From contig OY771555.1 in assembly GCA_963674785.1 (NCBI GenBank), positions 1,920,001-1,984,000 of the forward strand: a stretch of DNA of 64,000 bases. The letters are read 5' to 3'. Source of the DNA: Caldisericia bacterium. Its GTDB lineage: Bacteria > Caldisericota > Caldisericia > JAAYUI01. Each line of letters opens with the position of its first letter. The stretch's first letter is position 1. The notes beneath the pieces are model-generated. The model worked only from the letters and a program-made list of their open reading frames with translations, did no database searches and had not been told where the DNA came from. The position numbers and the translations under genes are program-made. Below, one piece after another: positions 40,607 to 50,588 of the stretch.

Positions 40607-43402
40607 ATGAATCAAAAAATAACAATAATTCTCTTGATGATTGCCCTATTTTTCAGTTTTTCATTTGCTGATTTTACATCGGCAACTATTGGGCCAGTGC
40701 ATGTTGAATTAAATATTACGAGTGAACGGCTGGGAGCATCTAGGGCTAATACGGCAAATTCATTTAAGATACACATGAGGATAAACAAAAATATTGAAGT
40801 TCACGATCTCGTTCATATCTGGTTACCAACATATGAAGCATCATGGAACCCAGATGATATTTGCGGAGATCCTATGTCGATAAAAGGTTTTGAGGAGAAT
40901 CCAAGATTCGTACCAAATGAGAAGTATTTCGAGGAGTTTGACAACAAGGAGGAGCCAAAATTTGGAAAGCTTTACAGCATTATTGACGATGGAACAGGCG
41001 ATGCTGAGTTTTTTGAGCCTGTTTATTGTGATGAGTTGAGCGAAAGCTGTAGGCTAAGAAAAGACCCCTCTGGGCTTGGATATTGGATAATGGGTTCTGT
41101 TCTTCCAGCAATACCAAGAGACAGCAACCATAGAAAAGACTTCTTATTTGATCTTTGGACTAAACTTGCAATTGGATATAACTGTGGTTGCGGTGGGAGT
41201 TATCCAATCATAAAACAAACAAAAGATGAGTGTAGAATTTCAGTCCATTCGGATGTTGGGGTTGAAGCATGGAGGCAAGGATACAATCCGATTGACTTTA
41301 ATATCAGCAAATCAGCGGGAGTAATCTCTCCTGCCACCCCTGGAAGATACAAACTTCGAGTAGCAACTGAAGCTGAACCAACGCCGGTAGAATCAGATTC
41401 TTTTGTGCTTCCATGCTCACAAATATCAAACATCAAGGTTGATGTAAACCTCAAAGCAAAAGAAAAAGATGAGTATATCAAGATTGATTTTGATGTTGGT
41501 GAGGGTGGAGCATTGGATGCAGGAAACTCACTAATCAGAATTGTTTTTCCGGAATCGGCAATTTTTCCAGCCTGGATTTCCAATAAGAACATTCTTGTAA
41601 ACGGTGAAAGAATCAGTGTTAAAGCACAAATAAGTCGTGATAATCACATGATGACTATTGTTTCGCCGGTCAATGTTGAAAATCTGGGACATGTTCAAAT
41701 CTCAATTTTGAAATCATCAGAGATTAGATTGCAAACCAACAAAGAGATGACCTTCAAAGTTGACACATCATCTGAACCTGAACCCGTCAAACACAAGGAT
41801 GAAAGTGAAGATGATTCTTCTGTAACACCAAAAGCTGGATTGAATTCCGTTTTTGTGAGGATGAACGGCAGAGACAGTGTTGCTGTTGCCCCAGCAAACC
41901 AATTTAACTCATTTAAGATTTTTCTTGATCTCAACAAAAAAATAAAGATTGGTGATTGGATAAAAATCTGGTTCCCTGTTTGTGAAGCAATGGGTGCTGA
42001 TGAGGGCTGCGGAGTTCCAGGTATCATAACTGGAAAAAGGGAAGACACAAGATTTATTCCAAACGATACTTACTATGCAAAATACAAAAATACAGAAGAG
42101 ACCGATTTTGGTAAGCTTTATGAGGTTGTAAATGAGCAAACCGGAGAGGTCAAATTCAGTAATGAAACATGTGAAGATAAACCAAATTGCAGAAGTGGTT
42201 ATAGGGCAAATGATTATGGTTATTATCTTTCTGGAACAATGTTCCCACCACTACCTAGAAACAAAGATGATTATAAAGAGAGATTGGCACATATAATCCA
42301 CACAATTTCAATTGGTTACAGTCCATGCTCAGAATGTTCAGGATACCCGATCATCAAACAGACCTGTTATGAAAGATCGATTCAAATTAATTCACCTGTT
42401 GAAGTTGATCCCTCCATAGACGGATACAACCCAATCGATATAAACACCTCAAAGGCAACAGGGATTCTTTCCCCAATGACTGCTGGAAGATACAGATTAA
42501 AGGTTGCAACAGGTGCTGAACCAACACCAGTTGAATCCGAAGCGTTTTATATGTCATGCTCAAGTATCGAAGAAAACCCAGAAATCCAGATCATCGAAAC
42601 AGAAGACGAAGGAAGAATCTGCTACAATATTACATTTACAACAGGAAATGCCGGCTCTTTAGACAATAATGTTTCAGGTATTTATATTGGGTTCCCAAAA
42701 GGGTTTTCATTTGATAGGAACAAGCTTGAAGATAAGATTTACATAAAAACAGGTGACGCAAACACAAAAGTTAGACAATTCTCAGCTTCTGATAACTATG
42801 GAACACTTTATCTCAGCTCTCCACTCGATATCAATAACAAACAAACTGTTGAGATCAGAGTCCCAAAAGATGCGGTAAACCCAGGCAAAGAAAAATCATT
42901 CCATGTGTTTATCTCTACAAGCTCTGAACCAAAAAAAGTTTACACAAACTTTGTAAATATCGACTCAAAACCAAAGAAACCAAAAGAAGTTTATTCTGAA
43001 CCAACACCAATCTCAAACCTGAAATTCACGTCAAACAAGATAGGAGATGAGACAGGAATCTCATTTACCCTTGATGCAAGAGAAAAAACTGTTTCAAAAG
43101 ATTCTGAGTTTAGGGTTGATTTACCTGATGGTTTTTATATTCCTGAAAAAATTCTCAAGAGTCAATTCATGATAAACGGTCATCCTGTAAGGAAATTCAA
43201 AAGAAATACTGAAACCTCAATAAGCCTCTGGGTGGACACAAGAATTATTAAACACCCTTATCAGCTTCGGTTTATCGACTTTGATCTACAGAAATATGCC
43301 AAGATAAGAAACCCAAAAGAAAGCGGAAAGTATACATTCAAAATCTTCATAGACGGAGCATCTGAAACTGAATCAGAGTCATTTGAGATTGTGGCAGATT
43401 AA
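40607..43402 (+). CDS. Secreted protein, paralog 4: two copies of the N-domain plus Ig-like units; no stalk
   Basis: Start MNQKITII after a GGGAG SD; motifs appear twice (WLP..EAS/WFP..EAM; GYNPID and GRY.L.VAT..EPTPVES twice). Confidence 0.85.
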   Translation: MNQKITIILLMIALFFSFSFADFTSATIGPVHVELNITSERLGASRANTANSFKIHMRINKNIEVHDLVHIWLPTYEASWNPDDICGDPMSIKGFEENPRFVPNEKYFEEFDNKEEPKFGKLYSIIDDGTGDAEFFEPVYCDELSESCRLRKDPSGLGYWIMGSVLPAIPRDSNHRKDFLFDLWTKLAIGYNCGCGGSYPIIKQTKDECRISVHSDVGVEAWRQGYNPIDFNISKSAGVISPATPGRYKLRVATEAEPTPVESDSFVLPCSQISNIKVDVNLKAKEKDEYIKIDFDVGEGGALDAGNSLIRIVFPESAIFPAWISNKNILVNGERISVKAQISRDNHMMTIVSPVNVENLGHVQISILKSSEIRLQTNKEMTFKVDTSSEPEPVKHKDESEDDSSVTPKAGLNSVFVRMNGRDSVAVAPANQFNSFKIFLDLNKKIKIGDWIKIWFPVCEAMGADEGCGVPGIITGKREDTRFIPNDTYYAKYKNTEETDFGKLYEVVNEQTGEVKFSNETCEDKPNCRSGYRANDYGYYLSGTMFPPLPRNKDDYKERLAHIIHTISIGYSPCSECSGYPIIKQTCYERSIQINSPVEVDPSIDGYNPIDINTSKATGILSPMTAGRYRLKVATGAEPTPVESEAFYMSCSSIEENPEIQIIETEDEGRICYNITFTTGNAGSLDNNVSGIYIGFPKGFSFDRNKLEDKIYIKTGDANTKVRQFSASDNYGTLYLSSPLDINNKQTVEIRVPKDAVNPGKEKSFHVFISTSSEPKKVYTNFVNIDSKPKKPKEVYSEPTPISNLKFTSNKIGDETGISFTLDAREKTVSKDSEFRVDLPDGFYIPEKILKSQFMINGHPVRKFKRNTETSISLWVDTRIIKHPYQLRFIDFDLQKYAKIRNPKESGKYTFKIFIDGASETESESFEIVAD

Positions 43403-46400
43403 TTAAGATATTGCTTTCTCAACCACATGATGTTTGAAATCTCTTGTTTAGCATTCAACACTTGCCAAATAAACTCTGCGCCAAAGAGCATCTTCTCAAT
43501 TTCTTCTTTTCTGTCCTTCACGGATTTGACTGCAAGGTGATTGTATAGACCAGCAAGATGAACAAATATATTCGATGTGTATATCAGATTCTCTCTTATT
43601 GACTCATTTCTTAGCTGCGCCAGGTAATGATTGATCAAAGAAGTAAGGTCTTCCAATTTTGTTTGACCCAACTTCAAATTGAGAATACTGATACAAAGAT
43701 CAAATCGGTTTTTGTAAAGAAGTGGAAGCTTAACATCCATCAACTTAATCAAAGCATCTCTTATCTTTAAAAAAACCGAATCCTCAAATTCAATTTTTGG
43801 AATTGTCAAAAAATGATATGAAGTATCGATTATTAATCCGGGTTGCTTTAATTCTAGTGACTCATTAAACGATGACAGAAAATCTGAATAGGCAATTTTT
43901 TCATTCCCTGAATAGAATTCAGATGAGCCCTCAATAAGTTTTGCAACAACTCTCTTTGGTGCATTAAATTCTTGAGATGAATCGTTCATCAATCTAGCAG
44001 CATCAATTTTTGCTTCAATAAGTCTACCCTGCGCCAAATGAATCAAATCTGAAAAGTAATCGATCATCACATTTGATGCAGAGATATTTTTTCTTTCAAA
44101 TCTTTTTGATGTTTGCTTTTTTAAATCCAATAGCTCATCCCATCTACCCAAATAATAATATAACCTACTAACCAGAGCATTTGTTAGAGGACTCTTAAAA
44201 CCTTTATAAAGACCTCTTTCGTTTGTCTCAATAATCAGAGAAAGGGAATCAGAGATTTTTCCTTCAGCATAGCTAAAAACAGACTTAACTCTTGCAATCC
44301 AATTTCTCTCAGAGTTGATACTTCTTTCTGTTGCAAGGTTTTCCAGAGAGATAAGTTCCTTCTTTGCTTCGTCTATCTCCAAAAGATCAATTAAAGAGCT
44401 GATCATAATTTTTGAAATACCTATTGTGTTATATCCACCGGTTTTTAAGCTGTAGTATCTAGCTTCTTTGATTGCATCATGCACGGCAATTACATTAGAT
44501 TCAGCAATACCAATCATAGCTTGGGCATAATAAATCTGGGCACTAAACTCATCAATATTCAAATATCTTACCTTCGTAATCAACCTTTTGATGATTTTTT
44601 TTGCATCTTCCAACTCACCAGATAAAACCCTTAGAATAGTAAGAACAATTCCAGCTGCTGTTGAAGAGGCATTTTTTTCACTCTTATATTTCCCAATAAT
44701 CAGCTTTGCTTCTTTTGATTTGCCAATCTTTTGTAAATGCATTGAGTCAGCGATATCTTGAATCAATTGCCATATCCTAAACTCTGTATGATTTTTCAAA
44801 CAAGCGATTTTATGATCTATCTCGTCTCTTGATAAACTCATTTCGTAAATCTGATACCATAAATAATGTATAAAATATGCAACAGACCTATATTGTTCAC
44901 CAGATTTTAGGAAATGGAGACCAACATCAAAAACAAGTTCCGAATCGACAATTTTTGACTCCAAGATTCGATTTGCATGTTCAAGCTCCATCATCGACTT
45001 GATATTATCAGCAATCCTTGCAATTACCGAGGTTCTCAAAATCTCTATATTAAACGAGTATTCCTCTTCTAAACCCTTTTTATGAGTTGAAATCAATCTT
45101 CTTTTTTTGAGTTCCTCGATGCCCGACAAAATATCAAAATCTGGTATTTTTAAACTTTTCCTAATACTCTCTTTTGACAAAGTGCTTGCAGTAGAACCCA
45201 AAGCCAAAAAACCCAGTATTATCGATGCTTTATCAGAAATCCCCATCAAAGAAACACTTATCGAAGGTAAGTAATCAGGATTTGTGAATATCCCCTCTTT
45301 TTCATCATATTTGATAAAGTCTTCCTCAAAAAAAATGGCTTCTTCCTGTACCATCAATCTGAGGAGTTCAAGTGTAAAAAGAGGGTTTCCTTTGCAATAT
45401 TTGATTATATCAAAATAGAGCTTAGAAGGAATATTTTTTGTTCCAAGACAGGCTTGGATAAACTTAATGTAAGTTGAGCCTTCTAGCACATCCAAATCAA
45501 AATATTCGACCTTCCCTTTTAAATCTAGAACAGCGGAATAGTCATCTGCCAAAATATCAGAAGATACAAGCAAAAAAACATTGTCCAGCTCGAAAACAAG
45601 GCTGAAAAAAGAATTCATTGAAACAGAATCAAACAAATGAAAATCATCAATGACAATGGTCACCTTCTCCTTAAAACTTTTTATAAACTCCCTTACACTA
45701 GCAACAATCTCAGCGATATATGACTCTTTACGTTTGTCATCCACCGAAGATAAAACTTCCCTATAATCAATAAATCTTGTGTAATCAGGATTCAATTGGG
45801 AAAGCTCAAATATTACCTGTATTAACCCAGACCCATCATATGAAACAGAATTAGCAAAACCCCTTGCTCTTATAACCAAGCTTCTATTTAGAAACAATCT
45901 CAGTGATACTTCCTCTAAAAGCCTAGATTTTCCAAATCCAAAAGGCGCCCTAACCATAACAATTTCTGAAGAGGTTGATTCATCCCAAATCTTTTGAATA
46001 TTTCTGATCTCCCAACCTCTTCCAATTAACTCTGGTTCACAAATACTTATACTCTTTTGAAAATCTTTTGAAATACTCTCTGTTTTAATTGATTGTAAAA
46101 TATCAACTACTTCCTCAATCTTGGCAGGTCGTTCATCCATATTCTTACTAAGAAGTTTGACAATCAAGTTGCTCAAAGATTTAGGAACAGGAATAGTACT
46201 TTTTGAAAAATCATACACACTTTCATCGCCTGATCCGAAAGCCATTTTCTTTAGATTGGTAACCTCAAATGGGAATTTCTCCGTTAACACATGGAACATT
46301 GATGCGCCCAAAGAGTATAAATCTGATCGAAAATCTACCCCGTACTTCAGCAACAACTCTGGGGCCATAAAGTTTAACGTCCCAATTATCATCCCTTGGG

Positions 46401-46899
46401 ATGTAATCCTTCCATCCTCAGAAAACTTGGCAAGTCCATAATCAATGATTTTAGCAATCTTACCGTTTTCATCTCTTTTCGGAAGAACCATAATGTTTGA
46501 TGGTTTAATATCTCGATGTATGATTCCTTTCGAATGTAGATAACCAATAATCTCAGCAATATCGAGGAATATATCGACAAAAGGCTCCAATGAAAGATTC
46601 ATCTCGGGTGACAGTGGCTTTCCGGGTATGAACTCCATAACATAAAAAAGGTCACCATTGTCCTGTCCATTATCAAAAACCTTGATCACACCAGGATGAT
46701 TCAAAGTCTGCAAAAGTGCTATTTCAGACAAAAACCTTTTGACTTGTTGTGATTCGATATTACTGCTTCCGCCAGATACAAGCTTGACAACAACCTTTTT
46801 ACCAAATTGTAGATCAATCGCAGTATAAACCGATGCTACTCGAGTTTCACTCAGTGATTCCTCTAATTTATATCTTCCAAAGATTGTCCTGTTAGACAT
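43399..46899 (-). CDS. Ser/Thr protein kinase fused to an AAA/STAND-like ATPase and helical repeat region
   Basis: HRDIKPSN, DYG, GTLNFMAPE, DLYSLG; LIGR, Walker A APFGFGKS, Walker B IVIDD, GNPLF. Start placed at MSNRTIF. Confidence 0.85.
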   Translation of the reverse strand: MSNRTIFGRYKLEESLSETRVASVYTAIDLQFGKKVVVKLVSGGSSNIESQQVKRFLSEIALLQTLNHPGVIKVFDNGQDNGDLFYVMEFIPGKPLSPEMNLSLEPFVDIFLDIAEIIGYLHSKGIIHRDIKPSNIMVLPKRDENGKIAKIIDYGLAKFSEDGRITSQGMIIGTLNFMAPELLLKYGVDFRSDLYSLGASMFHVLTEKFPFEVTNLKKMAFGSGDESVYDFSKSTIPVPKSLSNLIVKLLSKNMDERPAKIEEVVDILQSIKTESISKDFQKSISICEPELIGRGWEIRNIQKIWDESTSSEIVMVRAPFGFGKSRLLEEVSLRLFLNRSLVIRARGFANSVSYDGSGLIQVIFELSQLNPDYTRFIDYREVLSSVDDKRKESYIAEIVASVREFIKSFKEKVTIVIDDFHLFDSVSMNSFFSLVFELDNVFLLVSSDILADDYSAVLDLKGKVEYFDLDVLEGSTYIKFIQACLGTKNIPSKLYFDIIKYCKGNPLFTLELLRLMVQEEAIFFEEDFIKYDEKEGIFTNPDYLPSISVSLMGISDKASIILGFLALGSTASTLSKESIRKSLKIPDFDILSGIEELKKRRLISTHKKGLEEEYSFNIEILRTSVIARIADNIKSMMELEHANRILESKIVDSELVFDVGLHFLKSGEQYRSVAYFIHYLWYQIYEMSLSRDEIDHKIACLKNHTEFRIWQLIQDIADSMHLQKIGKSKEAKLIIGKYKSEKNASSTAAGIVLTILRVLSGELEDAKKIIKRLITKVRYLNIDEFSAQIYYAQAMIGIAESNVIAVHDAIKEARYYSLKTGGYNTIGISKIMISSLIDLLEIDEAKKELISLENLATERSINSERNWIARVKSVFSYAEGKISDSLSLIIETNERGLYKGFKSPLTNALVSRLYYYLGRWDELLDLKKQTSKRFERKNISASNVMIDYFSDLIHLAQGRLIEAKIDAARLMNDSSQEFNAPKRVVAKLIEGSSEFYSGNEKIAYSDFLSSFNESLELKQPGLIIDTSYHFLTIPKIEFEDSVFLKIRDALIKLMDVKLPLLYKNRFDLCISILNLKLGQTKLEDLTSLINHYLAQLRNESIRENLIYTSNIFVHLAGLYNHLAVKSVKDRKEEIEKMLFGAEFIWQVLNAKQEISNIMWLRKQYLN

Positions 46900-46906
46900 T
46901 GCATCT

Positions 46907-46965
46907 ATTTTATAACAAGAAATATGTACGTCAAATCTTGACATAATATGCAAAATGATTATCAT
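46907..46965. promoter_or_regulatory. Back-to-back divergent promoters (kinase and rpsF)
   Basis: Minus strand TTGACG-16-TAAAAT (46934 to 46907); plus strand TTGACA-16-TATCAT (46938-46965). Confidence 0.6.
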
Positions 46966-47029
46966 TACTGCACTTGTAAGGAAATTTTTAAAAAGAATTT
47001 TCTTCTGGTCGAACAATATGTTCAAGTGA

Positions 47030-47080
47030 TTCGACCCAAAATTGCCCAATTAATGGGTATTTGTCCGAAGGAGGAATTAG
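47030..47080 (+). promoter_or_regulatory. Candidate S6:S18 autoregulatory leader
   Basis: Hairpin TGCCCA-ATTAA-TGGGTA followed by CCG next to the AAGGAGG SD of rpsF, resembling the known S6:S18-binding motif. Confidence 0.45.
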
Positions 47081-47574
47081 TGAAGAAGTATGAACAAATG
47101 TTCATTCTTGCCACCGATACAGAGGGTGACAAGGAGAACGAACTTGTCGAAAAGCTCAAGAACACAATTCTTGAAGGCGGCGGAGAGATTCTTGAATCCA
47201 CTCGTTGGGGGAAAAGAAGACTCGCTTATGAAATCAGAAAACAGGTTGATGGCATCTATTGGTATCATGTTTTCAATGCACCACCTGAGGTTCCTGCACA
47301 ACTTAGAAGAATCATCAGAATCACAGAAGGTTTCGTAAGAGATATGCTTATCGATCTGACTTATGCCGACAAAGCAGAGGTTAGAAGACAGGACTATCTC
47401 AAAAATTATGAAAAACGTAAGGCTATTGCACTCAGCAAGAGAGCAGAAAAAGAAGCAAATGATCTAGCCGATAAACCTGAAGACGAAATGATGCATGCAA
47501 GTGACACCACCCCTGAAGAAGCGCCAGTAACAGAAGAATCAGTGCCAACAGGGGAAGAAAACGATGCTGAATAA
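47080..47574 (+). CDS. rpsF: 30S ribosomal protein S6 with a long charged C-terminal tail
   Basis: GTG start after AAGGAGG; KYEQMFIL, WGKRRLAYEI. Confidence 0.95.
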   Translation: MKKYEQMFILATDTEGDKENELVEKLKNTILEGGGEILESTRWGKRRLAYEIRKQVDGIYWYHVFNAPPEVPAQLRRIIRITEGFVRDMLIDLTYADKAEVRRQDYLKNYEKRKAIALSKRAEKEANDLADKPEDEMMHASDTTPEEAPVTEESVPTGEENDAE

Positions 47575-47977
47575 AGTATTCCTTATCGGAAACCTAGTTG
47601 CTGATCCTGAAATCAGATACACTCCCTCAGGCACTCCTGTTGGAAAAATAAGACTTGCCTGTACTGAAAAGTACAGAGCCAAGGGATCATCTGAACTCAA
47701 AGAGCAGACACTTTTTGTGACGCTTGATGTTTGGGATAGACAGGCAACAACAGCACAGCAGTATCTTCACAAAGGAAGCAGGATATTTGTTGAAGGAAAA
47801 CTTCAGATTAGAGAATATGAACAAGATGGTGTAAGGAAGTGGTTTACATCCGTCAGAGTCAACACCCTCAGATTCCTTGACAGGAAGGGTGAAGGAAGAC
47901 AATCAGACTCCTCACAGCATGATCAAGGGGCACCTGATATTCCAGATTTTGATGAAGAAGATATTCCCTTCTCATAA
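47564..47977 (+). CDS. ssb: Single-stranded DNA-binding protein
   Basis: NKVFLIGNL..DPEIRYT; C-terminal EDIPF. Confidence 0.97.
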   Translation: MLNKVFLIGNLVADPEIRYTPSGTPVGKIRLACTEKYRAKGSSELKEQTLFVTLDVWDRQATTAQQYLHKGSRIFVEGKLQIREYEQDGVRKWFTSVRVNTLRFLDRKGEGRQSDSSQHDQGAPDIPDFDEEDIPFS

Positions 47978-47999
47978 TTCATGAAAGGAGCAACCATAT

Positions 48000-48260
48000 A
48001 TGTCATTCAAAGATAATGGTGGACCAAGAAGAAAAAAAAGCAGATTTAAAAGACCAAGAAAAAAAATATGCGTATTCTGCGCAGAACACATGGACTATAT
48101 AGACTACAAGGATATCAATAGACTCAAACGTTTCGTCTCAGAAACAGGAAGAATTCATTCCAGAAGACAGACAGGCACATGTGCAAAACATCAGAGACGT
48201 TTAGTAACTGCAATCAAGAGAGCAAGAGAAATCGCATTGCTTCCATTTGTGGTAGAGTAA
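48000..48260 (+). CDS. rpsR: 30S ribosomal protein S18 (Zn-binding type)
   Basis: [24 protein letters not shown]. Confidence 0.98.
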   Translation: MSFKDNGGPRRKKSRFKRPRKKICVFCAEHMDYIDYKDINRLKRFVSETGRIHSRRQTGTCAKHQRRLVTAIKRAREIALLPFVVE

Positions 48261-48272
48261 GGGAGAGTAGAT

Positions 48273-48731
48273 ATGAAGGTAAAAGTTATTCTTCTTAGAG
48301 ACGTTCCAAACCTTGGAAGCAAAGGATCAGTTGTTGATGTAGCAAAGGGATATGCAAGAAATTTCCTCCTCAGAAATGGACTTGCACAGATGGCAACAAA
48401 GTCAGCAATGACAAATCTCTCCTACAATATTGAGCAGTCTGACAGACGCTCAAACAAAGCAAAAATCAAAGCTGAAGAGATTAAAGAGGTTCTTGAGACA
48501 AAAACCCTCACAATGACCGCAAAAGCTGGCCCAACAGGTACTCTTTTTGGTGCAATCACCAGAGATGCTGTTGCAAAAGCAATCAAACGTGAATTCAACA
48601 TGGTTCTTGGAAAAAAATCAATGTCAGTTGACAACCCAATCAAAACCCTCGGAACACATGTTGTTCACATTGATCTTCATCACGAAGTGACTGCTGACCT
48701 CAACGTTGAAGTTGTTCAGCTCACAAAGTAA
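48273..48731 (+). CDS. rplI: 50S ribosomal protein L9
   Basis: VILLRDVPNLG, GYARNFL, LFGAIT. Confidence 0.98.
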   Translation: MKVKVILLRDVPNLGSKGSVVDVAKGYARNFLLRNGLAQMATKSAMTNLSYNIEQSDRRSNKAKIKAEEIKEVLETKTLTMTAKAGPTGTLFGAITRDAVAKAIKREFNMVLGKKSMSVDNPIKTLGTHVVHIDLHHEVTADLNVEVVQLTK

Positions 48732-48750
48732 GATTTACGAGAAATAATTC

Positions 48751-48786
48751 AAAAAAAGACCGACCATTATGGTCGGTCTTTTTTTT
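48751..48786. terminator. Bidirectional terminator between rplI and mtnP
   Basis: A7-GACCGACCA-TTA-TGGTCGGTC-T8. Confidence 0.9.
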
Positions 48787-49522
48787 ATTGCTCAGCTATT
48801 ATCTGAACAGTTCTTTTCAAAATATTTGATGTAGTCTCAATTCTTTTATTAAAAATATCAACAACCTCATCGTGACTGAGTTTCTTCTTTGATACCCCCG
48901 CAGCATGGTTTGTGATAACCGCAAGTGCAGCAAAAGGTATTTCAACCTCGGCTGCAAGTGCTGCTTCCTGAGCCCCAGTCATTCCAACAATTGTTGCACC
49001 CATAACAGAAAATGCTTTTATTTCAGCAGGCGTCTCATACCTTGGGCCGTTTGTACACACATATGTGGCAGATGGGTGAAACAACACATTTTCATCAACA
49101 AGCGCTTGTCTTAGGAAATTCCTTAATGTCGGGTCATATGGTTCTGAGACATCAGTATGCCTTACATCACCTGGTTCATCAAAAAACGTAGATTTCCTCC
49201 CCCAGGTAAAATCGATAAATTGATCAACTATTGCAAAATCCCCTGGTTCCATCTTAGGATTTATTCCACCAACGGCATATGTTGCAAGTATTTCAGATAC
49301 TCCAATTTGCTTTAGTGCCATTATGTTTGCCCGGTAGTTGATTGCAGATGGTGGAAGCTTGTGATCTTTTCCGTGTCTGGTGATGAATGCAACCTCGATT
49401 TCATCTTGTAGATAACCAACCTTTATGAGGGCGCTTCCATAATCTGTCTCAATCTCCTGCTCCCTAGCATCCTCAAGCCAAGAAAGATTATAAACACCTG
49501 AACCACCTATAATTCCTACCAC
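48785..49522 (-). CDS. mtnP: Methylthioadenosine/methylthioinosine phosphorylase
   Basis: GIIGGSG, RHG..H, INYRANI, GPRYETPAE, VGMT, TNHAAG. Confidence 0.9.
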   Translation of the reverse strand: MVGIIGGSGVYNLSWLEDAREQEIETDYGSALIKVGYLQDEIEVAFITRHGKDHKLPPSAINYRANIMALKQIGVSEILATYAVGGINPKMEPGDFAIVDQFIDFTWGRKSTFFDEPGDVRHTDVSEPYDPTLRNFLRQALVDENVLFHPSATYVCTNGPRYETPAEIKAFSVMGATIVGMTGAQEAALAAEVEIPFAALAVITNHAAGVSKKKLSHDEVVDIFNKRIETTSNILKRTVQIIAEQ

Positions 49523-49536
49523 AGTAAGACCTCCTT

Positions 49537-50283
49537 CTAATCAGTAATGATTTCAGTCTTCTTTTTTCTACGATACTTGATATGAGCGATCAATAGGGAT
49601 GATTCAAACAATAAAACAACGGGGATTGAGATTGCAATCATCGAAAGACCATCATTGGGTGCAACAGCAGCAGAGGCAATAAGGATGCCGACCCAAACAC
49701 CTTTTCTGGCCTTCGAAATTGCTTTGGGTGTAACAAGTCCAATTGATGTAATTAACAACACAACGACTGGTAACAAAAAGACTAGTCCCATCCCAAAGAC
49801 AATGAGTGCTGAAAAATCAATGTATGAGGAGATTGAAGTAATTTTTTCAAGTCCTTCACCACCAAAACCAAGGAAAAACTTTCTGGCAATAGGTACAATC
49901 GGGTAAGCTGCGAAAGCACATCCTGTCAAAAAAAGGATGATCATGGCGGGAAGGTAGGCGTAAAGAGCTCTTTTTTCTTTTTTTGTGAGACCTGGAAGAA
50001 TAAACATTGAAATGTTATATATCAAAACAGGGAAGGCGCCAACAAGTCCACCAATAACAGAAACCATCATCTGCGTACTAAATGCTTCAGTTATCCTGAG
50101 GGCATGGAGTTGTATCTCAGGGACACCAAGTGAAGGAACGGGCATTGTGAAGAAATGATAAATATTATCGTACTGTAACCAAGCGACAACACCGCAAACC
50201 AAAATAAAAAATAAAGACCACATAAGACGTTTTCTAAGTTCATCAATATGCTCAGAAATCGCCTTTAAATCATCTGAAGCCAA
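49537..50283 (-). CDS. tatC: Twin-arginine translocase TatC
   Basis: HIDELRKRL, FILPGL...EK, six TM segments. Confidence 0.92.
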   Translation of the reverse strand: MASDDLKAISEHIDELRKRLMWSLFFILVCGVVAWLQYDNIYHFFTMPVPSLGVPEIQLHALRITEAFSTQMMVSVIGGLVGAFPVLIYNISMFILPGLTKKEKRALYAYLPAMIILFLTGCAFAAYPIVPIARKFFLGFGGEGLEKITSISSYIDFSALIVFGMGLVFLLPVVVLLITSIGLVTPKAISKARKGVWVGILIASAAVAPNDGLSMIAISIPVVLLFESSLLIAHIKYRRKKKTEIITD

Positions 50284-50285
50284 CC

Positions 50286-50453
50286 TTATTTTTTCTCCGG
50301 TGTGTCTTCAAGCCCCTCTTTTAAGTCGTCTCCAACTTTCTTAAACTCATCAATTCCTTTTCGAAGCGACCTTGCAAATTCTGGAATCTTGCTAGATCCA
50401 AACAAAACCAACACAATGGCGAGAATAATTATTATCTCTTTTGCTCCAAACAT
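50286..50453 (-). CDS. tatA: Twin-arginine translocase TatA (55 aa)
   Basis: MFGAKEIIIILAIVLVLFGSSKIPEFARSLRKGIDEFKK...; GAGGTG SD; upstream of tatC. Not in the ORF track. Confidence 0.93.
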   Translation of the reverse strand: MFGAKEIIIILAIVLVLFGSSKIPEFARSLRKGIDEFKKVGDDLKEGLEDTPEKK

Positions 50454-50588
50454 ATCTTCACCTCGAGAGACATTTTACCCCCAAGAAAGGTTATATCAAG
50501 CAATACTCTTTGAAGGTTTGTTATAATGGACAGAAAACATACCATCTCTATACTGTGAGTGTAAAAATCAACATATGGAGGAGTACCC

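Noticed and set aside
33200-42340. CxxC motifs of the paralogs as c-type heme sites
   Set aside because: None is followed by His and two are CxC.
32611-43402. Diversity-generating retroelement acting on the paralog array
   Set aside because: No reverse transcriptase or non-coding template repeat in the window; mismatches between repeats include C/T changes and are not adenine-specific.
46900-47079. Overlapping upstream extensions of the kinase and rpsF ORFs
   Set aside because: The region holds divergent promoters and the rpsF leader; better starts are 46899 and 47080.
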